Under the pieces are notes generated by a model that saw only the letters and a list, made by a program, of their open reading frames with translations, did not search any database and was not told the origin of the DNA. A stretch of DNA of 64,000 nucleotides, taken from Alphaproteobacteria bacterium. Its GTDB lineage: Bacteria > Pseudomonadota > Alphaproteobacteria > RF32 > CAG-239. How positions within the stretch are numbered: the first letter of the stretch is position 1; the number at the start of each line of letters is the position of its first letter. The position numbers and the translations under genes were made by a program. The stretch lies in the NCBI GenBank assembly GCA_017444525.1, contig JAFSWL010000004.1, forward strand, positions 40,851 through 104,850. Reading direction: 5' to 3'. Positions 56,482 to 64,000 of the stretch are shown here, piece by piece.

Positions 56482-57325
56482 AGTCTCCCTTAATGGTTTT
56501 TATGACAGCACCGGCAACATTTATTCCGGTTGCTTTTTCAATGCCTTCCATTCCGGCGGTCACATTTATTTCGCAAAAATACGGTTTGTTTGCGCCAAAA
56601 AGCAAGTCGAGGCCTATAAAATCTAAACCAGTCTGCTTATAGATATCTTGTGCGATAGTTTGAAACTCCGGTATTATTTCTATTTTATGAACAGATGAAC
56701 CGAGAGCAACATTTGCTCTGAAATCATTATTAGATATTCGCTCCATTCCGGCAATTACTTCTCCCTTGACACAATACAGGCGCATATCATGCCCATAACT
56801 TTCTTCAATAAATTCTTCGAAAAGCCATTCCTTGGTTGGCAAAAAAGATTGAGATAAAGGAAGGTAGTCCTCTTTATTTTTAATCAAAAATATTTCTTGT
56901 CCCATAGAACTTTCAAGCCCTTTGGCAACAAAAGGTAATTTTAAGCGGTCTGCCAACATTTCAAAAGGCAAATCAGAGAGACCGGCAATATATTTTGGTT
57001 TTTCAAAACAGTCAGATTCAATATTTTTCAATTGTTCAAGTTTATTGATGTAAAGATTTAACGGTTTGACAGCATTATAACTTTTTTTGCCCAATTTGTT
57101 TAAATTGTCCTTAATTTTCCCATATTTGTAACGATTAATTACAAAATCACGCATAGAAAGTAAAGTTTCGCTATTATAACATCCATCCTGAGTTACGTAA
57201 GAATCGTAAATACCTATTAATTTTAAATCAATATTTTGTTTTTCAGATTCCTCCAATAAACGTTTACAAGTATAAGCGTTCCCCATATTGTTATATTTTT
57301 CAATCAGATATCCTCTTAATTTCAT
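56468..57325 (-). CDS. RimK-like ATP-grasp ligase
   Basis: PFVAKGLESSMGQEIFLI, EEFIEESYGHDMRLYCV, NDFRANVALG, IGLDLLF...YFCEINVTAGMEGIEKATGINVAG. Confidence 0.8.
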   Translation of the reverse strand: MKLRGYLIEKYNNMGNAYTCKRLLEESEKQNIDLKLIGIYDSYVTQDGCYNSETLLSMRDFVINRYKYGKIKDNLNKLGKKSYNAVKPLNLYINKLEQLKNIESDCFEKPKYIAGLSDLPFEMLADRLKLPFVAKGLESSMGQEIFLIKNKEDYLPLSQSFLPTKEWLFEEFIEESYGHDMRLYCVKGEVIAGMERISNNDFRANVALGSSVHKIEIIPEFQTIAQDIYKQTGLDFIGLDLLFGANKPYFCEINVTAGMEGIEKATGINVAGAVIKTIKGDFDAD

Positions 57326-58066
57326 CTATTTTTCCTTTAATAGTTCAGACCAGTCAAGAGCCGATAAATTTTGAATGATTTGCTGCAATGCAGTTATTAA
57401 AGTAGTAAATTGTTCTTGATTATTTGGATTTCTGTATTCAGCATTGATTTCAAGTTGCAAGCAGGCTGTATCCGTAGTTTCCGATATACCTTTTGTAACT
57501 GTATTTTGACCACCAGCCGAAAAAACTTTATTTTTCCAAACAGATTTTTTAGGTGTTTCCAATTTTGCGAAATTTTGATAAAATGCCGACATTACAATGT
57601 CTTCAATTATTTTGATACCATGTAATGAAGTTAAATCCTCTTGTTTTTCCTGTTCTGATTTATCCGGTGACGGAGCTGTACCAATCTCAACGGCATATTC
57701 ACGACTTGCTGCCGAACCATGTAAATCAAGTAAAACATAAATTGTCGTATTTTTTAAGTATTCTTTCAAAGCACTTTGATAATCATTAGTATTCGGCGCA
57801 TCAAAATTTGGGTCTTTTTCTACAAAGCAAGTATTATAAATTAAATGACAACCGGTAGTTTGTTGTAAATAAAGCGCTATTCCTCCCGTCCATAAGTCAG
57901 CCCACTTCTTTTGCCCGTTGCGAAAATGATTTACTGCATGTGGAGCAGAAAGCATAATCGGAATCTTTCCATAGATTATCTTGTAACTGTCGCTTAAAGT
58001 CCCATCATAGTTGTTAACGCTAAAATTTTTTTCATATAATTCAATTTGTTTAAGCAGATTTGGCAT
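57326..58066 (-). CDS. N-formylglutamate amidohydrolase (FGase)-family-like hydrolase
   Basis: PIMLSAPHAVNH and VLLDLHGS resemble FGase metal-binding motifs. Its stop abuts the ATP-grasp start codon. Confidence 0.5.
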   Translation of the reverse strand: MPNLLKQIELYEKNFSVNNYDGTLSDSYKIIYGKIPIMLSAPHAVNHFRNGQKKWADLWTGGIALYLQQTTGCHLIYNTCFVEKDPNFDAPNTNDYQSALKEYLKNTTIYVLLDLHGSAASREYAVEIGTAPSPDKSEQEKQEDLTSLHGIKIIEDIVMSAFYQNFAKLETPKKSVWKNKVFSAGGQNTVTKGISETTDTACLQLEINAEYRNPNNQEQFTTLITALQQIIQNLSALDWSELLKEK

Positions 58067-58365
58067 TCTAATATTCCGGTAAGTTTAATGCTTTAAAATT
58101 TATATTCCCTTTTATATTACCATCAATAAAATTAAAAAATAATTATCTTAATAGTAAATAAGTATTTTTTTCATTTAAATACCAACTTACGCACGGGGCT
58201 TGGTATTATTTTTTTCTTTTAAATACAAGGGCTTGATTCCCGTTACTGCAAATCGTAGCAAAAAATTACGCACGGGAGCTCATTTTTTGGCGTACATTCA
58301 AAAAGATACACTGCATAATATAAATAGTTAATGAGTAATAACACTATTTATGAAAGGAAAATACC

Positions 58366-58638
58366 ATGCAAAAACAATTTGAACAATACTTACAATCAAA
58401 GAATTACAGGCCGACAACTTCTATTGATTATCCGGCACGTTTAGAAAGACTTTGTCGTAAAGAAAAAATCTCTTATGAACATCTTGCACAACATATCTAT
58501 GAAATTATGCCTCAATATGAAAATACCGGTAAAAAGTCATCTTATGGCAAGAGAAGCCATTCATCAGTAATCAATGCTTTACGTCGTTTTGCTGAATTTT
58601 TATCAGAAACCAACATTCAAGTAGAAGGAGCCAACTAA
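58366..58638 (+). CDS. Hypothetical small island protein
   Basis: AAAGGAAA RBS. The N-terminal pattern YL...NYRPTTSIDYPARLERL weakly resembles the N-terminus of 48879..49916. Confidence 0.45.
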   Translation: MQKQFEQYLQSKNYRPTTSIDYPARLERLCRKEKISYEHLAQHIYEIMPQYENTGKKSSYGKRSHSSVINALRRFAEFLSETNIQVEGAN

Positions 58639-58848
58639 GATAAATTAATACAAACACCAAAGCTCGTTTTTTGGCCCTATACGTATAGATTTATTTTTTA
58701 CTATAAACTAACCAGTAGAAATGAATCTTGATTGTATAGGGCCATTTTTTAAGACCATACCAATATTATATAATTTTTACATATTTACAATGATTTATAA
58801 CAGCATTTTATTTTTGATAAATGATTGAAGGACAGGTATAGAGTATTT

Positions 58849-59703
58849 TTAACAGGTATGTTCCATTAATACTTCCTGCACTTTATCAAATAAATGTTTA
58901 TCTATAATGGTTGGATATTTATGAGGATAAAGAGTTTGATTCCAACGCTGCATACCAATATAAAATTTATTCTTAAGCATGTCATTAATACATGTTTCAG
59001 AAACAAGCGCACCATTCCTGTTTTTTAATCCCAATGTATGTGCTAATTCTGTTAATGTCTTAATGGAATAACTACCGGTAGAATATTCTTTAAATAATTT
59101 AGTGATTATTGGTGCTTTTATAGTGTCAACAACGACATCAGCATAACCAGAAGCATCTCTGACATTTTTATAGCCAATAGGAGCTAAATACATACAACGA
59201 CCATTACTAATAAAGTGTTGTTGTGAAGCTTTTATATTACGTGATAAGCTATTTATATAGTAATATTTCATTAAAAACATAGCATTAATACGTACTCTCA
59301 TTTCTGTATTATAGTTATTTTTATCAATTATAAAGTCTTGTTTAAGAATATGTATTATTAACTTTCCCATAGTAATATAAGGTTCCAAAGTTTGTAAATC
59401 TCTTACATCTTGAAAAATATCATAAAAATCATTACAAACGACATGAATTCTACCTTTTTGTGTGTTTATAAAGGATAACATATTAAATAAAGATTTTTTT
59501 AAACCTCTTTTAGAACAAACAGCTAAATTATAGACTTTTATAATTTTGAGACTTTTATCACTGCAATAGTTAACTAAAACATCAATAATATTTTTACTAA
59601 CACTTTTTCTTGCTACATAATAAATTACAGCTCTTTCTTTTGTTTTTGCTTGGTTAGAATCATTATCAATCCATTCTTCAAGCCAATTTTCAACATTTTT
59701 CAT
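58849..59703 (-). CDS. Serine recombinase-like protein (resolvase plus recombinase domains) lacking the zinc-ribbon/coiled-coil C-terminus
   Basis: AVIYYVARKSVS N-terminal motif. The recombinase domain APIGYKN...LFKEYSTGSYSIKTLTELAHTLGLKNRNG...ML.NKFYIG parallels 62143..63768. GGAG RBS before the ATG at 59703. Confidence 0.6.
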   Translation of the reverse strand: MKNVENWLEEWIDNDSNQAKTKERAVIYYVARKSVSKNIIDVLVNYCSDKSLKIIKVYNLAVCSKRGLKKSLFNMLSFINTQKGRIHVVCNDFYDIFQDVRDLQTLEPYITMGKLIIHILKQDFIIDKNNYNTEMRVRINAMFLMKYYYINSLSRNIKASQQHFISNGRCMYLAPIGYKNVRDASGYADVVVDTIKAPIITKLFKEYSTGSYSIKTLTELAHTLGLKNRNGALVSETCINDMLKNKFYIGMQRWNQTLYPHKYPTIIDKHLFDKVQEVLMEHTC

Positions 59704-60076
59704 ATTTTTACTCCAAATCAATAAAATTAATAAAGTTTTTAACATCAGATACAGTTTATGCTCTGATATCATTGATTTGTCGTGATATTGGAAAAATGTA
59801 AAACCATTAATGAAAAATTTTAAAATTATTTTTCCATTTCTAATTTTTTGATGTTTGTAACTTGTATTTTTGCATAACATAAGTCAAAAATCATCAAGAC
59901 ACATTTTTTGACCATAGGACTCAATATTTATCTTTGGTATAGGTTTAGTTATAAAAATCAAATATGCTTGTTTATGGGTTGTTTATGACTCAATGGACAG
60001 CGTTTTATTTTAGCAAATCAGAATAGTAGAAATAATAATAGTCAGAAAAGCTTATTTTAGATACCCGCAACAAACT

Positions 60077-60742
60077 TTACCATTTAATATTAAACAGTAT
60101 ATTAGATGGAATAATACGGTCATACCAATCTGTCTTATCAAATGTCTTTATATCTTTTAAGCAGTAGTATATAACCTCATTATCTTTAACTTTTTCAATA
60201 TAGTAAGTCTTAGGCGATAAAGATAAATCCAAACACGCACTATCTAACGCTTTTTCTATCAATTCATCACTATACCGAACACAATGTAATAATATATGGA
60301 AATGGTAATTATAACCGTCATGTTGTCCTTTTTCAGCAAATGCATAGAAACGTACATGCCTACCAGTCCAACGAGAACCTACTAAGTGCTGTTCAAACCT
60401 AGCCATAAACCGACGTAAATGATTTCTAGATACATCAAGCTCAGGACTTCTCATATTCACAGGAAATTGTATGGTAAGAAAATGTGTAGGCTTAAAATGT
60501 GCTATCCAATCATATATATGTTTACGCTTAATCTCATACTTATTTTTCATATCACGTACATATACTTTTTTAGATTTTTCTTCTTGCAATGGGGTATCAG
60601 GTTTATCATTGACAGCAGCAGAAACATTTTCATTAACTTCATTGCATTTTTGATACTTGGCAATTAATGACACTTTTTGATGCTTAACTACTTCTTGATT
60701 ATGACGTAAATATTGTAAAAACATCTCAGTAACTTTATTCAT
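60077..60742 (-). CDS. HUH-superfamily rolling-circle Rep-like protein
   Basis: Motif 1-like THFLTIQFP, HUH motif YHFHILLH, and a Tyr motif VIYYCLKDIK. Confidence 0.55.
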   Translation of the reverse strand: MNKVTEMFLQYLRHNQEVVKHQKVSLIAKYQKCNEVNENVSAAVNDKPDTPLQEEKSKKVYVRDMKNKYEIKRKHIYDWIAHFKPTHFLTIQFPVNMRSPELDVSRNHLRRFMARFEQHLVGSRWTGRHVRFYAFAEKGQHDGYNYHFHILLHCVRYSDELIEKALDSACLDLSLSPKTYYIEKVKDNEVIYYCLKDIKTFDKTDWYDRIIPSNILFNIKW

Positions 60743-61357
60743 TTAAGTAATTCCTTTTTTTATTATAAAATATTTTACTTTTAATAATGTACTGATTGAT
60801 TGCTCCTATCGGTGTTACCTCATCGCAACTCAACAGATACTACTGCAGGAATGGGAACACTTGATAAGCATTCCACAAAAAAAAGCAGCACAAGAGATGG
60901 GTTTTCAGCCTTTCACAAATTACTTAGCTTTTAAGCACCATCTGAATCACTAGAACAAAAATTTTGATGGTTTCTGCTTATATAAATTTCCAAAACTAAA
61001 AAAATAATCTGAACGAAGCCGGAACATTTATAGATAAAATGCATTATAAACCGTATGAATGAAATAGCTAATAGCCTTCTACTGGAAAAGACTAAGGTTG
61101 ATTTTATTCTCACACGTAAAAAGCGCCAAAATAAGCTTTTTTTGAAAATCAAGAGTCAGCCAGACACACCACCGCATTATATTTATATAAAAAAATATAA
61201 TAAACACGCATACCCCTGGGCCGCTTAAGCTATTTTTTAAAAGTATGAACCTCTGCTGAATCGACAGAGGTTGAGATAATCAGACCAAAAATTAGAAATG
61301 GAAATTTATTTTTAAAAAATTTTGTAGAATTGCATCAACATCAGACTTCTATAATGC

Positions 61358-61567
61358 ATGACTGATACTTATAGCCAACTCAAAGATGAGTTATCAGTTT
61401 TGTATCCCGGTGTTACGGATGCAGAACTAAATGAAATGACAGATAGACTGGTAGAATTTTTTGTTATCGGTACCAAAGCATTTTATGAAAATGGAAAAAA
61501 TTTAATAAACGGTTTTACAAATAAAAATAATCTCGACATACCAGTAAATGAAAAAGTTAATAATTAA
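61358..61567 (+). CDS. Hypothetical small protein
   Basis: 69-aa ORF immediately upstream of the recombinase-like pair. Confidence 0.4.
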   Translation: MTDTYSQLKDELSVLYPGVTDAELNEMTDRLVEFFVIGTKAFYENGKNLINGFTNKNNLDIPVNEKVNN

Positions 61568-61582
61568 AAAAGGAAAAACAAT

Positions 61583-61966
61583 ATGAAAAATAATAATTTT
61601 AATAAAAACGCTATAATAGTAGCTTCTTGTCCGAGAAATATTTCAAAAAGAGTGGTTACTATAGAAAAACAACTTGATTATTGTCGTCATTACTGTTCTG
61701 TAAATGGTTTTCAAGTGCTAAAAGAGTTTTCATTTTGTACAAGTGATAGTGAAAGAGGAATAAAAACAATGAAAGAAATAATAAATTTTGTGCATAATCA
61801 CACGCAGAAAATATCAATTATTTCATATAATATGCGACGTATACAGGGTAATTCTACTCAATTAACAGAATTAGATAATCTACGCTTACAAGGAAAATTA
61901 GAATTACATTTTTTGAAAGAAAATAGAATATTTAAACTCGATAATCCCGTCCATACTATAATTTAA
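61583..61966 (+). CDS. Resolvase catalytic-domain-only protein with a degenerate active-site motif
   Basis: NAIIVASCPRNISKRVVTIEKQLDYCRHYC aligns with QAVIFARVSTKEQEPGASLDAQKAAMEDYC of the adjacent integrase, but the Arg/Ser motif is not conserved. AGGAAAAA RBS. Confidence 0.5.
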   Translation: MKNNNFNKNAIIVASCPRNISKRVVTIEKQLDYCRHYCSVNGFQVLKEFSFCTSDSERGIKTMKEIINFVHNHTQKISIISYNMRRIQGNSTQLTELDNLRLQGKLELHFLKENRIFKLDNPVHTII

Positions 61967-62142
61967 GTGATTTTGATTTTTGGTTATGATTAAAGAGTAA
62001 ATTAAATTTGATATAATATATTGAATCTTCATTATAAATTTTAATAGAATATCGTTAGAAAGTGATGTTTTTTAGTGTTTTTCTTGTTAATTGCACGTTA
62101 TAATAGAAATATGATAAAAACATCACTTAGAGGATAGATAAA

Positions 62143-63768
62143 ATGGCTAAAGTATATAGATATGCAAAAGCTGCACCATGCACTCAAGCTGTAATATTTG
62201 CTCGTGTTTCTACCAAAGAACAGGAACCTGGAGCTTCGTTGGATGCACAAAAAGCGGCTATGGAAGATTATTGCGTCAAAAAAGGTCTCAAAATTGTAAA
62301 TAAATACAGGGTTATTGAGAGTTCAACAAATGGCAAACGTGTAGTGTTTCATGAAATGCTTGATTTTGTGCGTAAACAGAAGAATAAAACAGCCATTGTT
62401 GTGCATTGTATTGATCGTTTTCAACGTCGTTTCAATGAATGTGTAGAAGTTGAGACGCTGCTTCTTGATGATAAAATTGATATACATTTTTGTAAAGAAG
62501 ACTTGATCCTAACTAAAAATAGTTCTTCTGCAGATATTATGCGTTGGGATATGGGTATTTTATCAGGTAAAATGTATGTTGCAAACCTACGAGATAATGT
62601 CAACCGTGGTATGGAATATAAATGGTCCAATGGTGAATATCAAACGAAATCTCCTGTCGGATATTTAAATATTCCGAAAACCAAAACAACACCGGCAAAT
62701 ATTATTTTAGATCCGGAACGTGCACCTTTAGTCAAAAAGATGTTTGAAATGTATGCGACTGGTTGTTATTCTATTAAAAGCTTGCAACAATTTGCAAAAG
62801 AAATGAATTTATGCTCGATTAGAAGTAAAAATCATAAACCTTTAGGGCGTGAAACTATCTGGAATACATTAAAGAATCCGTTTTATTACGGAGAGATGAA
62901 AATTCGTGGTGAAATAATGCCTCATAAATACGAGCCAATTATCTCAAAAGCCTTATTTGAACAAGTACAAGAAGTATTATCAGGTAAAAATACATGTGTA
63001 CCGACAAGAGAATATGGAGGCATATCATTTGCATTTCGTAAGTTGATAAAATGTGCAGAATGTGGCGGTACCATATCATCAGAACAGCATTTTAAGAAAA
63101 GCGGTAGAAAATATACATATTTACGTTGCACACATCCAAAAGGCTGCTGTCATCAAGGTTTGGTCAGTGAATTGCAACTTTTAAAACAGCTTGATGATGA
63201 AGTATTTAGCAAAATCCGGTTAAATGCCAATATTATTGATTTGCTCAAAAAATGTGTTCAGAAAAAGATGATGGAAGATTCAGAAGCTAATGCAGTAATG
63301 AAAAGACAGATTACTAATGAATTAAACCAACTTGAAGCACGAGAGCAGAGAGTTAAGGACTGTTTTTTCAATGGTGACATAACGCGTGATGAATGGAACG
63401 AAGAAAAGGCCAATATTGCAAGTAAAAGAGAAGAATTACAACATACTGCGGAAAAATACGCAGATATTAGCAGAGACATACAATATACAGTTAATGAAGT
63501 TTTGGATATCGCTGCTTGTGCATCAGAAATTATGAAAAAAGCAAATCCGGAGCAACAAAATAATTTGCTTGGTCTTATACTTGATGAATGCTACTTAGAC
63601 GGCGAGAGACTAATATATAAACTCAAAAAACCGTTTGATATGCTGATAAATCTGAAAAATAGCGACAATTGGTTTGAGTTTGATAAATCCGATGTACCGG
63701 AATACGAAAGCCTCGCCAACCAAGTGCAAATGTATAAAATCAAAGCAGAAGTGAATGTGGCAGAGTAA
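62143..63768 (+). CDS. Large serine recombinase (integrase)
   Basis: VIFARVSTKEQ catalytic motif, recombinase domain (SPVGYLN...MFEMYATGCYSIKSL), zinc ribbon CAECGG...YLRCTH, and a coiled-coil C-terminal region. 541 aa. Confidence 0.9.
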   Translation: MAKVYRYAKAAPCTQAVIFARVSTKEQEPGASLDAQKAAMEDYCVKKGLKIVNKYRVIESSTNGKRVVFHEMLDFVRKQKNKTAIVVHCIDRFQRRFNECVEVETLLLDDKIDIHFCKEDLILTKNSSSADIMRWDMGILSGKMYVANLRDNVNRGMEYKWSNGEYQTKSPVGYLNIPKTKTTPANIILDPERAPLVKKMFEMYATGCYSIKSLQQFAKEMNLCSIRSKNHKPLGRETIWNTLKNPFYYGEMKIRGEIMPHKYEPIISKALFEQVQEVLSGKNTCVPTREYGGISFAFRKLIKCAECGGTISSEQHFKKSGRKYTYLRCTHPKGCCHQGLVSELQLLKQLDDEVFSKIRLNANIIDLLKKCVQKKMMEDSEANAVMKRQITNELNQLEAREQRVKDCFFNGDITRDEWNEEKANIASKREELQHTAEKYADISRDIQYTVNEVLDIAACASEIMKKANPEQQNNLLGLILDECYLDGERLIYKLKKPFDMLINLKNSDNWFEFDKSDVPEYESLANQVQMYKIKAEVNVAE

Positions 63769-63856
63769 ATTTTGAAAAGAAAGATTAGACACATCTTGAT
63801 TTTAACCATAAGCAAACCCTATATGATTGATATGATAAAATTTATAGGGGAAACTT

Positions 63857-64000
63857 ATGCAAAAACTAAAAGTTAACTTAAACTACTGCTATGGTATAAA
63901 AAATTTAGAATATGAATTTGATTTTGAAAATGGCAAAAATTATTTGCTTTATGCTCCTAATGGAATGATGAAAACTTCTTTTACAAAAACATTTGCGGTT
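63857..64000 (+). CDS. 5' end of an ORF with an ATPase-like N-terminus; truncated by the window end
   Basis: AGGGGA RBS. MQKLKVNLNYCYGIKNLEYEFDFENGKNYLLYAPNGMMKTSF resembles the N-terminus of AAA_13/AAA_15-type (PrrC/RloC/Abi-like) ATPases, with an atypical Walker A. Confidence 0.35.
   Translation, partial: MQKLKVNLNYCYGIKNLEYEFDFENGKNYLLYAPNGMMKTSFTKTFAV

Larger units (their letters stand above)
48566..64000. mobile_element. Integrated mobile genetic island adjacent to tRNA-Glu; the right end lies beyond the window
   Basis: Content switches abruptly from housekeeping to accessory genes, and the sequence is visibly more AT-rich. It carries serine recombinases, an HUH Rep, orphan DNA methyltransferases and excisionase-like HTH proteins. 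Confidence 0.6.

Noticed and set aside
60931-61152. 73-aa minus-strand ORF in the AT-rich spacer upstream of the Rep-like gene
   Set aside because: It has no RBS and a low-complexity Phe/Ile/Leu/Ser-rich translation typical of random ORFs in AT-rich DNA.
1-64000. Looked for CRISPR arrays, rRNA genes, tmRNA, RNase P RNA and IS elements with terminal inverted repeats
   Set aside because: I saw no regularly spaced direct repeats of 25-40 nt, no rRNA-like conserved blocks and no DDE transposase-like ORFs. tRNA-Glu is the only canonical RNA gene I could support.

Overview
This window looks like a chromosomal segment from a low-GC bacterium. Gene content and order suggest an alphaproteobacterium (maf-rng-yacG; miaB-phoH-ybeY-lnt; a DksA lacking the four-Cys zinc finger), but that assignment is inference only. 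Positions 1 to about 48.5 kb are mostly housekeeping genes: dksA, maf, rng, yacG, an Mla/Pqi-type lipid ABC transporter, secA, a parvulin PPIase, folD, miaB, phoH, ybeY, lnt, lepA, cmk, lysS and tRNA-Glu(UUC). Several accessory modules sit among them. These are a lipoprotein-vWA-PP2C-membrane Ser/Thr kinase cassette (TerY-P-like triad), a TerB-like operon, two orphan pilin-like paralogs, a tandemly duplicated pair of secreted Pro/Gln-rich protein plus secreted HExxH (DUF922-like) protein, an RquA-like degenerate-motif methyltransferase, an LD-carboxypeptidase with a Ser-to-Cys nucleophile change, and an unclassified structured RNA element downstream of lnt. Directly downstream of tRNA-Glu (about 48.57 kb to beyond the window end) lies a visibly more AT-rich mobile island. 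It carries one intact large serine recombinase, three truncated or degenerate serine-recombinase-like genes, an HUH Rep-like gene, an orphan C5 DNA methyltransferase next to an MT-A70-like protein with a degenerate DPPW motif, and a seven-gene cargo block. That block (HD, two GNATs, a membrane protein, and FolC-like, RimK-like ATP-grasp and FGase-like genes) is my best candidate for an undescribed amidoligase/peptide-metabolite system. No CRISPR array and no rRNA were seen. All functional calls rest on motif recognition by eye, since no searches could be run.
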